A stretch of 64,000 nt of DNA from positions 34,593 through 98,592 of the forward strand of contig CAYMED010000004.1 of assembly GCA_964389655.1 (NCBI GenBank). The letters run 5' to 3'. This DNA is from an uncultured Candidatus Poseidoniales archaeon (GTDB lineage Archaea; Thermoplasmatota; Poseidoniia; Poseidoniales; CAYMED01). Positions 19,315 to 29,654 of the stretch are shown in pieces. Positions within the stretch are counted from its first letter, which is position 1. Every line of letters begins with the position of its first letter. The position numbers and the translations under genes were made by a program. Below the pieces are notes generated by a model. That model had not been told where the DNA came from. It saw only the letters and a list, made by a program, of their open reading frames with translations, and did not search any database.

Positions 19315-20637
19315 TCAAGGAGATAATCCGCGAAGGGGGGTGATCCCATGAATTCCATGAATGGCACACGAAAGAATGGGTCCGGGCGCCATTTCTTCAA
19401 ATGACCATGTCCAAATTCTTCCATCTCCAAGTCCCCCCCACATCCAGTTTCCGTCAATTGAGGGAATTAGGTTAGACGTCCAAGTGTCCCCGACAGCATC
19501 AGTAAATCGAACCGTGCGCGTACCTATATCCCTAAATTGGATTACTCCATCCCCCCCGCTCGATATAATCCATCCATTTTCTTCATCAACATATACTGAC
19601 TCTACCCATGCGTTGTGGCCCTCTAATATTTCTTCAAGAAGACAAGTATCCGCATCTATGAGCGCAATGGTGCCATCCCCTAATGCAGCAAAAATCCGTC
19701 CGGCTTTAGTCCATGCAAGATCATTGATTCTTGATCCTAATTCTATTTTTTTCTGAGTTCTCCTATTATCATAATCGATAATTGAAATGTTTCCATATTC
19801 ATCACCAATTGCCATTAGACTAGTTTCATATCGTGGCGAAATACAGGTAACTTCTCCATTAATTGATCCAATTTCCTTTGACCTTCCATCTTTGACAGAA
19901 ATCTCAACTACTAACCCATCTTCCCCCCCACTGCATATTTTTCCTTGACCTAGATTTGCTAATGTACCCACCCATCCTTGATGTGCTTCGATGACAAATC
20001 TAGCCCGTCGCTCTTCTAGATTCCATATGCGCACAGTTCCATCTTCTCCCGATGTTGCAGCTTCTGTGCTGGAGAGTGATAGAACCTGTAGGGCCCGCCC
20101 TTCATGGCCACTAAAAACCTCTAGAATTGCCCCCCCCAATGCTTCATGAATCCTCATTTTCCCATCATCACAAACAGTTAGTATTCTTCTATCAGCCTGC
20201 AAAATTCTTGCATGTGATCTCCTACCCCGCCTTAACCTGTCTTTTACAACAGACCTTGCCGCAGAAGCATCTTCAGCAGATTTTGCAGATGGCACTTTGC
20301 TACATGCAACCGATGCCTCCTCCCTCGCCTCCTGAATTTTTTCACCTAATTTTAAGAGGCTTGGAAGTGCGGGTTCTTCCGCTAGATGGGCAATTATTCG
20401 TGCACAATCCCGCTCAAGAGATTCAAGTGCCGCCAAATCTTTTCTTGCCTTTGCAGTAAGTGCGCGAATTGGCCCCTGTTCAACAACCCCCATAGTTGCC
20501 GCCTCTCCTAATAATTCAATACCATCTAAGTCCTCATGGGGATGTAATTCTGCCCCACAGCGCGGGCACCATGACCACCCGATTTCCGCCCTATTGTCGC
20601 ACGCCGGACAACTGATCACATTATGATCAAGCACCAA
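19315..20637 (-). CDS. Zn-ribbon + helical + WD40-repeat protein
   Basis: CPAC...CPRCG; WD40 repeats GHEG...TSGEDGTVRIWN, AHQGWV...SGGEDG, GHNAWV...SSGGDGVIQFRD. Confidence 0.85.
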   Translation of the reverse strand: MVLDHNVISCPACDNRAEIGWSWCPRCGAELHPHEDLDGIELLGEAATMGVVEQGPIRALTAKARKDLAALESLERDCARIIAHLAEEPALPSLLKLGEKIQEAREEASVACSKVPSAKSAEDASAARSVVKDRLRRGRRSHARILQADRRILTVCDDGKMRIHEALGGAILEVFSGHEGRALQVLSLSSTEAATSGEDGTVRIWNLEERRARFVIEAHQGWVGTLANLGQGKICSGGEDGLVVEISVKDGRSKEIGSINGEVTCISPRYETSLMAIGDEYGNISIIDYDNRRTQKKIELGSRINDLAWTKAGRIFAALGDGTIALIDADTCLLEEILEGHNAWVESVYVDEENGWIISSGGDGVIQFRDIGTRTVRFTDAVGDTWTSNLIPSIDGNWMWGGLGDGRIWTWSFEEMAPGPILSCAIHGIHGITPLRGLSP

Positions 20638-20736
20638 TGATGCTTAATCTCAACGCATTGAGACCCTTAATATTCTAGATTCTGAGGCCAAACACATTCG
20701 ACCAAAGGTGAAAAATCATCCCCCTTTGCGTAGGAT

Positions 20737-21522
20737 GTGAGTGAAGACCGCCGGGCACGAGCACAAGCTCTTCATGCATTGATTGTGATATGCAAAGACC
20801 TTGACATTAAAGATGGAGTCGAAGCCAAAATAATTGAAGATGCACAGGCATACATGGGGGTTTCCCCATCTCACCGTAACGATGCATCAAAACACGTTGA
20901 AAAATCCTATGATGGTGGTTCGTGGGGGGGGCACCGATCATCAGTGATTCAAAGATCAAAAAGCCGCATCGAAGATGCAATAGAGAATGAATATCTTCCC
21001 GATACCGAACACCTTGGGCAAGGATTATTGCGCCTCCTTTCAAAAATAGAGGAACTATCTTTCACCGAGGAATTTGATGAAGATGATGATGAAAACCTCC
21101 TAAGTATCCTTCTTCCAGAAGGCGGAGTGGCAGAAATTGGTATGACAGGATCAGATCTTCTTGACTCATTGATCGATGATGATGATATTGACCCCCCCCC
21201 TCTTGATGAAACTACATTTGTTAAGTCAGTAGCAATTGAACCTACAGTATCTGAAGATGTGATCGAAGTTCCAGCCGATGATGACCCCCCTATACCCGAG
21301 CTACCGCTTGCTAAAGCAGCGTCCCTAAAAAATGAGGATGAATTGAAATTCAATGGTGAACGCGCCCTTCAAACTTATCGCCTTCTCCTTGAAACTGTTT
21401 GGGTTGATGATGTCCTTGACCCAGCAGAAATAGAACTTCTTGCGCGTAAACGTAAACAATTGGGGATTGATTTTGAGACTCATCTATCTTTAACTCGTGC
21501 GATGATGGGGGCGGATGACTGA
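20737..21522 (+). CDS. Acidic hypothetical protein with TerB-like helical hairpins at both ends
   Basis: C-terminal YRLLLETVWVDDVLDPAEIELLARKRKQLGI; weaker similar motif at N-terminus; Asp/Glu/Pro-rich linker. Confidence 0.65.
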   Translation: MSEDRRARAQALHALIVICKDLDIKDGVEAKIIEDAQAYMGVSPSHRNDASKHVEKSYDGGSWGGHRSSVIQRSKSRIEDAIENEYLPDTEHLGQGLLRLLSKIEELSFTEEFDEDDDENLLSILLPEGGVAEIGMTGSDLLDSLIDDDDIDPPPLDETTFVKSVAIEPTVSEDVIEVPADDDPPIPELPLAKAASLKNEDELKFNGERALQTYRLLLETVWVDDVLDPAEIELLARKRKQLGIDFETHLSLTRAMMGADD

Positions 21523-21524
21523 AT

Positions 21525-22634
21525 ATGCATCCGTTTGAACATGCATGTACCCTTGCATGGAAGGACGGCGGTCTATCTCGAGACGGCGCAAAATTACTTG
21601 ATCAATTACAAACCCATTTTTTTATGTCGGATACGGATCGAGCAGCAATCGAAGAGCCATGGTTAATGGCGAATTTGCCAGGGAAAACGAGATCTGGCTT
21701 TGGAGCCGGTTATCGTATACTATCAACTTGGGTGAAACACTACGCATCACTTGATTCAGAACTTAATGCAGCAGCAGTTCGATCAATGGGTCGTCGCTTT
21801 TCTTATACTGGCATTTCAAGACAAAAGATGCGTACAGCATTAACTTGGCTAAAACCATGCGGTTTAGATCGCCCATTTCTTGAAGGATCTTGGATCCCTA
21901 ATGGGAGGCGGGACCTAAACACCCCCCCCGGCCTTGAACCATTAGATGCAATTCTTGGCATTACAATGGAAATGGAAGATGCATCTTCACTTCCTTCAGA
22001 GCCCCTTGAATCCGTTACGTCTCAATTACAGAAAGCAGGATCCAAAATATCGATTGATGGTCCCTTACCTTGTATTCGCCTTTCATCAGAATGGTCCGAA
22101 CGTGCACAAAATGCAGAAATAAATTGGTTTGACCGCCTTGAATCTTATACGGATGAATTATCCATGATTTGGTTGGACCCTGAAGGAATAGCAAAAGGGA
22201 TAGACGCATCAAATTCAGATCTTTCAATTTCTGAAGACGTCATCTCGGTTCATATTCGTTCAATTCTTGAATCTGGAGATATTGGGGGGCACGAATTGAA
22301 TGAGATTACAAGATGGCGACTTGGGGGGGAGCCCATCGATATCCACCTCGATTCCCTTTCTTTGTCATGCATAGAAGATGAAATTCATCTTTCTTTAGAA
22401 AGCAGTGAGGGAAAGGGCCGTGCAGTTATTGGCATTTCAAGTAACGATGAATGGCCCCCTAAACCCCCCATCAATCGAACAGCATCAGCCATTACTACAT
22501 TTGTGGCCGAATTACTTTCTCTTTCGATCCCCAGCCTTCCTCATCAAATCGCTCATGCAATTGGGATTAAGGCAAATGCAATTGGAGCCCATATTCGCCC
22601 CAATCGCATTGACTTTTCTTTAGAAGAAATTTGA
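21525..22634 (+). CDS. Hypothetical protein with N-terminal TerB-like hairpin
   Basis: FEHACTLAWKDGGLSRDGAKLLDQLQTHFFMS; 2-bp gap after the upstream gene. Confidence 0.65.
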   Translation: MHPFEHACTLAWKDGGLSRDGAKLLDQLQTHFFMSDTDRAAIEEPWLMANLPGKTRSGFGAGYRILSTWVKHYASLDSELNAAAVRSMGRRFSYTGISRQKMRTALTWLKPCGLDRPFLEGSWIPNGRRDLNTPPGLEPLDAILGITMEMEDASSLPSEPLESVTSQLQKAGSKISIDGPLPCIRLSSEWSERAQNAEINWFDRLESYTDELSMIWLDPEGIAKGIDASNSDLSISEDVISVHIRSILESGDIGGHELNEITRWRLGGEPIDIHLDSLSLSCIEDEIHLSLESSEGKGRAVIGISSNDEWPPKPPINRTASAITTFVAELLSLSIPSLPHQIAHAIGIKANAIGAHIRPNRIDFSLEEI

Positions 22635-22640
22635 TCAAAT

Positions 22641-25013
22641 TTATTCATCATTATTAGGACTGGAACTAGTAGTGGCCATTACGGGTTCAATTGATTCTCG
22701 GTAGATACTAGTACTTACCTTTCCAGGCAATTTAATTTCATCTGTTTGTGTAAGATTTTCAGTCCAATGTACAGTCACTGCAGCATCAGAAAATGCGTAA
22801 ATATAATTTCCCATGAAAATCGACCTTCGTATTGAGATGTCTCCACCCCACCAAGTGGATGTTAATCCATCCTTTCCAAAGTGTCCGGAATGGTTTATGT
22901 TCCCCTGAACTGCTAGATTTCCTTCACTCGCGTTGACATCTATCATCATTAATTTGCTAACATATTCATACCCGTAATTTGCGTATGTTTTCCCATTTAT
23001 TTCGACTTCATCATATGTCCACCTTGATGTGGAAATTGGAACAGCAAGTAAAGATGAAGCTTCCCAATATGTGAATGCTTTATGCTCATATGTTGCTTCA
23101 GAATTTGACCACTGCCAACCACACCACCGTATCTGCAAACAGTTTGAATCAGTATATCCTGGTGTTAAGGGCAATGCCTTGGCTAACTTTGGATCACTGA
23201 CATTTGAAATATCAAATAGGGAGATCTGGGTCGTCGACCAATCTAATCCAAGACCATCATCACCTCCTGGAAATCCTATGGTGAGCAAATGATTTCCATC
23301 AGATAGTGGATGGATATATGTGGAAACACCGGGCACTTTTAATTCGCCTAAAATCGATGGATTTTGAGGATCAGAGAGATCTATCGTCCATAGTGGGTCT
23401 GTTTGTCGAAATGTAACAATATATGCTCGATCACCCACAAACCTTGCAGACCAGATATTTTCATTTTTGGCAATTCCACCCAAATGACCAATTTCACTGA
23501 GGTATTTTTCACCCGCCCCATCAATGGCGATTTCCAAACAAATTACGTGATTTTGTATTGGTTCTGGATTTTCCAACCACCACCTCCCCCACTGGCCCGT
23601 AGTTGAAGCAACCCTCAATATTTCTTCGTGTTCAGATAGGGAAAATTGATTTAGAATCGTTCCATTTATCCTTCCCGATGCAACATATGTGGTTTGGCCC
23701 GATACCGATATATCGAATGTATGGAGATTTGTAGTCTCTTTTTCGTTCTGGTTGCCCCAGTACCACCACCACTCATTTGTTTTTTCAGATAGCACTAGTA
23801 AATCACCTGACGCGTAAATTTGTGGCCAATTTGTTCGAATGTGATCTGCAGTAAACGATAATTCTGTCTGGTTCAAATCAATTGAAAGAATGGATGTAAC
23901 TCCTCGGCTCGATGCATCTTTTGCCCCCGCAAATCCTTTGCAGTCATCATCTCCATATGATTTCACATCTATCGAACCATTGTCTGTACGCTCGTAAATA
24001 CGAGGTACCATGTCGTTAATCTCTAGTTTACTCAACGTATCTTCATTATCTAGGATTGTATAATCTATTGCGCGATTCCACATACTCTTTTTTTCATCAT
24101 CATTTGCTGACCAATATGCATCCCAGTCCGCCAATTCAACCCATGACTTCAGATAGGGAATATCGATCCACCCATGAGTAATCATCCGCACGGTGCCGTT
24201 AAATTCACGACCCGTGAGTAGATCTCCCTCAATGTATATTTCACGATTAATGATTGGATCAGACCGATTTTCAATATCAACGAGAGTCAATTTAGTGAAT
24301 GTTTCCCATCTCCAGTTTTCCTCCTCTTCCTGCAATAGCATACTTGTGCGCAATGAATCACCTTCTGAAAGTGTCCATGGATGGACCATTGAGGCCACAA
24401 CAATTCGATTTCCTGACATGAGCATTTGAGTTGGTTCTCCCTCGATGGAGATATTTGCGGAATGTTCTATGGAACCAAATTCAGGAACGCCGAGTATGAA
24501 AAGGTGCCCAGCATTTAGCACGTAGATATTGTTCCCGTCAGTTTTGATAAAATCCGCCTCATCGACGCCTGCTTCTTGGTTATTTGTCCCTGAGAAATCT
24601 TCTCCTTCTATCAAGGACTTTACCTCATTGGATGACATTCCCGGGCTCTTAGATTGGGAAGCGGTATTAGATGAAGTCGCCGCCTCGTCAGCCATTGCAA
24701 GTTCGGGAATTCCCATATCTAATATGTCATTTTGACGATGCCCATAGGCATAATAACCATTCCAATGATCTCGTTGATCTTCAAGGATTGCTCTTGCCTC
24801 ATCCCCGAAAGATTTGCGCAAATCTTCTAGAAGTGGGGCGCAACCAGCATAGGTCTGCAATTTTGGCGAAGATCGTTGGACTGTGTTATAATTTGGAAGA
24901 GGAATAACACCCCCTTCTGTCGGTTGGGAATTGCGTTCATCATTTTTTTCAAAAAAACCCAAACATCCCGGCAAAAGAAGTAAAAATACTAGAAGTGATG
25001 CAACTTTTTTCAT
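22641..25013 (-). CDS. Secreted beta-propeller domain lipoprotein (Beta_propel family), paralog 2
   Basis: Lipobox LLPGC; FSGTNNQEAGVDEADFIKTDG; NQFSLSE; IWSARFVG; VTFRQTDPL; LGELKVPGVSTYIHP; HKAF. Confidence 0.88.
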   Translation of the reverse strand: MKKVASLLVFLLLLPGCLGFFEKNDERNSQPTEGGVIPLPNYNTVQRSSPKLQTYAGCAPLLEDLRKSFGDEARAILEDQRDHWNGYYAYGHRQNDILDMGIPELAMADEAATSSNTASQSKSPGMSSNEVKSLIEGEDFSGTNNQEAGVDEADFIKTDGNNIYVLNAGHLFILGVPEFGSIEHSANISIEGEPTQMLMSGNRIVVASMVHPWTLSEGDSLRTSMLLQEEEENWRWETFTKLTLVDIENRSDPIINREIYIEGDLLTGREFNGTVRMITHGWIDIPYLKSWVELADWDAYWSANDDEKKSMWNRAIDYTILDNEDTLSKLEINDMVPRIYERTDNGSIDVKSYGDDDCKGFAGAKDASSRGVTSILSIDLNQTELSFTADHIRTNWPQIYASGDLLVLSEKTNEWWWYWGNQNEKETTNLHTFDISVSGQTTYVASGRINGTILNQFSLSEHEEILRVASTTGQWGRWWLENPEPIQNHVICLEIAIDGAGEKYLSEIGHLGGIAKNENIWSARFVGDRAYIVTFRQTDPLWTIDLSDPQNPSILGELKVPGVSTYIHPLSDGNHLLTIGFPGGDDGLGLDWSTTQISLFDISNVSDPKLAKALPLTPGYTDSNCLQIRWCGWQWSNSEATYEHKAFTYWEASSLLAVPISTSRWTYDEVEINGKTYANYGYEYVSKLMMIDVNASEGNLAVQGNINHSGHFGKDGLTSTWWGGDISIRRSIFMGNYIYAFSDAAVTVHWTENLTQTDEIKLPGKVSTSIYRESIEPVMATTSSSPNNDE

Positions 25014-27715
25014 CCTTCATCCTCTTCATTTCCATCATCGGGCTTGGGATCTGGAGCAGTTCCCCCCGAGGACTCACTTTCACCACTTTCTGAATCACCT
25101 TCCACCACATCAACGGTATTTACTCCCCCATCAGATTCCACAGGTAGCCTCCATCGATCAATTCGACCAGGCAATTCAACTTCACTTGAGAATGTCAGGT
25201 TGTTAGTCCAATGGACGGTAACCGCTGCATCGGAAAATGCGTAGATATATTCCCCCATGAAAATTGATCGCCGAATTGAGATGTCTCCATTCCAATAAGA
25301 TCCCGCACCCGAAAAATGTGCCGAATGATTTACATCTCCGTGAATTGAAAGAGATCCATTTTCAGCATCTACATCAACAAGGACTAATTTACTAATATAT
25401 TCATACCCATAGTAAGTATAGGTCCTTCCATCTACTACCACTTCATCATATGTCCATCGGTATGTGGAAAGGGGTACTGCAAGCAGCGAAGATGCTTCCC
25501 AAAACGTGAATGCTTTATGCTCATATGTTGCTTCAGAACTAGACCACGACCACCCACACGTTCTGATATTTTCACATTTCACATCAGTATATCCCGGAGT
25601 TAGGGGCAATGCAGCAGCCAATACTGGGTTGGAGACATCACTCACATCAAAAAGAGAGATCTGTGTTTTTGACCAATCAAGGCCAAGACCATCTTCCCCA
25701 CCAGGATACCCTATCGTCAAAAGATGATTTCCATCAGAAAGAGGGTGTATGTATGTGGAAACACCAGGAATTTCTAATTCACCCAATATTTTTGGATTTG
25801 TTGGATCTGCAATATCGATTGTCCATAGAGGATCCACTTGCCTAAATGTAACAAGATATGCGCGTTCTCCAACAAACCGAGCCGACCAAATCCTCTCCCC
25901 TTCGGCAATTCCATCTAGGTGTCCAATTTCAGTAAACACCCCGCCCCCAACTTGTTCTACTAATTGCAGACAAATAATGTGGTTTTCCATTGGTTCTGGT
26001 TCATCCATCCACCACCTTCCCCACTGGCCAGTGGTTGAAGCAACACGCAATACACCACCATATTCTGAGAGTGAAAATTGGTCCAAAATGGTTCCATTTA
26101 TTCTTCCAGAGCCCATATACTCTGTGTGCCCAGAAATAGAAATATCGAATGCATGAACATTTGTGGCCTCAACAAAATCAGGGTTATGCCAAAACCACCA
26201 CCAATCGTTGGCCTGTTCAGTTACGACTAACATATCATGTGATGCATATATTTGTGGCCAATTTGAGCGAATATGATCGGCTTCAAATTCAAATTGGTTT
26301 TGAGTCAGGTCAATTGAGATGATGGAAGTAATCCCCCTGCTTGTCGCATCAGCAGCAGCGGCAAAGCCATCACAATCAGAGGATGTGTAAGGATGAATGA
26401 CAATTCCCCCTTCTGATCGTTCATACATTCGTGGAACAAGGTCATTGAGTTGCACACTTTCCATGCTTGCCTCGTTCCAGTTAATCGTGGCATTGATACT
26501 TTCATTCCAAATGATTGATTGTTCTGTCTCATTTGCTGACCAATATGCATCATAATCTTCAATTTGGACCCAGGTTCTGAGATCCTGTGCATCAATCCAC
26601 CCATAAGTAACCATTCGTACAGTACCATTCACTTCCCGTCCTGTAAGGAGATAACCTTCGATGTAAACTTCATCCATTAAGGAGGGGTTTGTACGATCCG
26701 TAATGTCGACAACACTGATTTTTGTGTATGATTGCCAGCGATATCCACTATTGTCAGTAAATAGAATACTTTCTCGCAATGGATCATTGCCCTGTAAGGA
26801 CCAGATATTTACTGTTGATGCGATTACAATTTTGTTGTCAGACATCAACATTTGTTGGGGGTCACCCTCAATTGAGATATTTGAGGTATGTTCGACCTGC
26901 CCAAATTCGGGCACTGCCATGACGATCAAACGGCCCCCATTTAGCAGATATATATGGTCTCCATCAGTCTTAATAAAATCAGCTTCATCGACGCCCTCTT
27001 CTTGATTATTTGTACCTGAATAATCTTCTCCTTCTTTTCTTTCTGATCCTGGCGGGGGTGCAGAAGCTGATGCACTATCCCCCCCCATATTTGCAGAATC
27101 AGCAACGGTCACGGCGCCGTCACTCTCCATGACCATATCATCCATGTAGTAAATTCCATATCGCTGATTTCTTTGTGCTTCTAGATTTGATCTTGCCTCT
27201 GAAAGAAGACTTTCTTTAAGGTCGGATTCTAATCGATCACAAGCGTTGTAATTCGATAATTTAGGGGAAGAGCGTCCCGAGGTTGTGCGGGGGGTTGGAT
27301 TTGTATAATCAAATATGTACGGGTCTTCTGGATTTTGGTTTGGTTTTGCAATACCCCCTCCATCCAATGCGCGCTGAATTTCAGAAAGTAAGCCATCGAC
27401 ATCGACGGCGATACGCTCTAGCGTTGAAGCCGCCTCTGGTGATGTGAGATCAATAATACTCAATTCATCGCGTATAACCGCAATTTTATCCTCGAAAGAT
27501 GCTTTTTCTTTTTCATCCTCAAGATCTTTGATCAATACTTCAAAGGACGCGAGTGAATCTTTTATTGCCTCAACAGAACTATTGGTCCCCGTTGTATTAT
27601 CATCTAATTTTGTAGGGGCATTTGGCGATATTTTTTCTTCATCACCACCAATGCAGCCGGCGATTCCAGCGACCAACATCAATAATACCACAAGGGGTGC
27701 CGACCTTATCTCCAT
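25010..27715 (-). CDS. Secreted beta-propeller domain lipoprotein (Beta_propel family), paralog 1, with extra N-terminal coiled segment
   Basis: Lipobox IAGC; YSGTNNQEEGVDEADFIKTDG and the same downstream motifs as paralog 2; stop overlaps the next start (ATGA). Confidence 0.88.
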   Translation of the reverse strand: MEIRSAPLVVLLMLVAGIAGCIGGDEEKISPNAPTKLDDNTTGTNSSVEAIKDSLASFEVLIKDLEDEKEKASFEDKIAVIRDELSIIDLTSPEAASTLERIAVDVDGLLSEIQRALDGGGIAKPNQNPEDPYIFDYTNPTPRTTSGRSSPKLSNYNACDRLESDLKESLLSEARSNLEAQRNQRYGIYYMDDMVMESDGAVTVADSANMGGDSASASAPPPGSERKEGEDYSGTNNQEEGVDEADFIKTDGDHIYLLNGGRLIVMAVPEFGQVEHTSNISIEGDPQQMLMSDNKIVIASTVNIWSLQGNDPLRESILFTDNSGYRWQSYTKISVVDITDRTNPSLMDEVYIEGYLLTGREVNGTVRMVTYGWIDAQDLRTWVQIEDYDAYWSANETEQSIIWNESINATINWNEASMESVQLNDLVPRMYERSEGGIVIHPYTSSDCDGFAAAADATSRGITSIISIDLTQNQFEFEADHIRSNWPQIYASHDMLVVTEQANDWWWFWHNPDFVEATNVHAFDISISGHTEYMGSGRINGTILDQFSLSEYGGVLRVASTTGQWGRWWMDEPEPMENHIICLQLVEQVGGGVFTEIGHLDGIAEGERIWSARFVGERAYLVTFRQVDPLWTIDIADPTNPKILGELEIPGVSTYIHPLSDGNHLLTIGYPGGEDGLGLDWSKTQISLFDVSDVSNPVLAAALPLTPGYTDVKCENIRTCGWSWSSSEATYEHKAFTFWEASSLLAVPLSTYRWTYDEVVVDGRTYTYYGYEYISKLVLVDVDAENGSLSIHGDVNHSAHFSGAGSYWNGDISIRRSIFMGEYIYAFSDAAVTVHWTNNLTFSSEVELPGRIDRWRLPVESDGGVNTVDVVEGDSESGESESSGGTAPDPKPDDGNEEDEG

Positions 27716-27836
27716 GATTTCCCCACGCGTTCTTGTACATTAAGCAACTTGGTTCATTGATTTTACTTTTTATTAATAACAGCAATATATACATTCACCA
27801 TACTAAAACGAGAGCATCAACCTCAAGCGAGAGAAA

Positions 27837-29654
27837 GTGTTGGGGAGAATAGTGGGTAGATCGCTGGGCACTTGGCTTTCTGGATGTTTCATCATCATCA
27901 TTCTTGTTTTTGCAATTGTAAGGCCGGCCTTTTATGACTCAAATAAAACTGATGAAATTCCTTGGTGGGCCATTCCTCTTGACCAACGCGCGTCGATGGA
28001 CTTGAATCTAACAGGATCGAGATCTCAATTGCACGTTCAAGGACAATACGCGTGGACAGGCCCAACAGAACATTATGTTTCAGTCGACCTTCCCCTTTCA
28101 GAACAAGACGTTGGTTATCCCGAAGATTCTGTCATGCATATTGCTCTTTGGCTTCCAGACGTCCTTGAAGGGATGAAAGTTCCAGTTATCGCAACGATAC
28201 ACCCGTACTACGACTTCGGGGGGGAAGGGATCATAGGAATTGGAGGGGATTCAGCACCAAACACAGTCCCCGATGGTGGGGTGGGGGAATGGGTTCTCGA
28301 TCAATTCGTTCCCCACGGCTATGCTTTGGCACAGGTCTCAACATTTGGGACGGGGAAATCAACTCATTGCCAAGATGTGAAAGGATTAGGGGAACAAATA
28401 GGAATCCAGAAAGCAGTGGATTGGCTTGGCAAACAAGAATGGTCGAATGGAAATGTTGGTGTCATTGGGAAATCCTATGCGGGGACTACTACGTGGGAAG
28501 CGGCACAAAACCCATCAGAACATCTCAAAACGATTGTTCCGATTTCTGGCAGCATAGGTGTTCAACAGATGTTCTATCGAAATGGCTCATCAGAATCAAG
28601 GGCAATGGTTTATGATGCACTCTACCAAGGAGCAACGACTGATGCAACATCTGATGATCTGAGAATGTGTTCTGATGATCTGATTGGTCCGGCTTCTCCT
28701 TTCACAACGTGGATGGGTGCAGAATTTGGGGGCGCCCAGTGGAATGACTATTGGGAAGAAAGGCATCATCTCCCAGATGTCATCGAAAATTATGAGGGGA
28801 GTGTGTACCTTGTTTGGGGCATGCAAGATTGGAATGTTGATCCATATCACGCCTTTCCAGCATTACAGCAGTTGAAAAACGCAGGGATTCCCGTTAGGGG
28901 GATTATGGGCCAATGGGCACATGATTATCCCGATCAGCCCGATAAGCACGGAGAATTAGAAAGCGGCTACGGGAAAGAAGCATATCCCTCGATGTCTCGA
29001 ATGGACTGGGCAGTTGATCTGTTTTGGTGGTTTGAATATTATCTCAATGAATCAGGTCCTAAACCAGGAAATCATGTGCAAATGCAACGAAACGACGGGC
29101 TTTGGAGAGTTGAGGAGACATGGCCGCCTGTAGATATCGAGTGGGAAATGATTGGATTTGATGAAATGAATGGACAAGGTGGGCTTGTATCTTCAACCAA
29201 TTCCGTCGTACTAGAAACTGAACCACTTCAAGAATCCATTCATATTTCAGGTCTCCCTACTTTACACTTAACGGTACAATTGGGGGCATGTAATGGGGGA
29301 CAAATATTTGCCACACTCAGAGATATAACCGATGATATGAGACTTGGTCATGCCGTTATGGATGTGCGCTACAGGGAGGGTGGATACGATGCTAATCCAG
29401 CCCTCCCCTTCCAAAATTATCTCATGAAAATGGAGTTTAATCCAATGGATGTGCATGTTCCAGCAGGCCACACATTGGCGCTAGAGTTAACAGAAAGCGG
29501 TGAAGATTATCTCTCTTCACCTTGTGCAGTGATTGGAATGCAAGTTATTGTAGATGAAAGTAGTTCACTTTGTCTTCCTCTAGTTGAACGTAATTCTGAC
29601 GATGAAAGGTGGTTTGATGTTCCTGCCTGGTGGGAACATCAGGAAGATGCATGA
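27837..29654 (+). CDS. CocE/NonD family hydrolase (peptidase S15-like), membrane-anchored
   Basis: PVIATIHPY, GTGKS, WSNGNVGVIGKSYAG nucleophile elbow, GMQDWNV, GQWAH; C-terminal jelly-roll domain. Confidence 0.88.
   Translation: MLGRIVGRSLGTWLSGCFIIIILVFAIVRPAFYDSNKTDEIPWWAIPLDQRASMDLNLTGSRSQLHVQGQYAWTGPTEHYVSVDLPLSEQDVGYPEDSVMHIALWLPDVLEGMKVPVIATIHPYYDFGGEGIIGIGGDSAPNTVPDGGVGEWVLDQFVPHGYALAQVSTFGTGKSTHCQDVKGLGEQIGIQKAVDWLGKQEWSNGNVGVIGKSYAGTTTWEAAQNPSEHLKTIVPISGSIGVQQMFYRNGSSESRAMVYDALYQGATTDATSDDLRMCSDDLIGPASPFTTWMGAEFGGAQWNDYWEERHHLPDVIENYEGSVYLVWGMQDWNVDPYHAFPALQQLKNAGIPVRGIMGQWAHDYPDQPDKHGELESGYGKEAYPSMSRMDWAVDLFWWFEYYLNESGPKPGNHVQMQRNDGLWRVEETWPPVDIEWEMIGFDEMNGQGGLVSSTNSVVLETEPLQESIHISGLPTLHLTVQLGACNGGQIFATLRDITDDMRLGHAVMDVRYREGGYDANPALPFQNYLMKMEFNPMDVHVPAGHTLALELTESGEDYLSSPCAVIGMQVIVDESSSLCLPLVERNSDDERWFDVPAWWEHQEDA

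Noticed and set aside
16963-22634. Integrated provirus or mobile element at tRNA-Cys
   Set aside because: No integrase, no att-like duplicate of the tRNA 3' end and no viral hallmark genes seen
22641-27715. Assembly duplication artefact
   Set aside because: The copies differ by many synonymous and amino-acid changes and indels and have different N-termini
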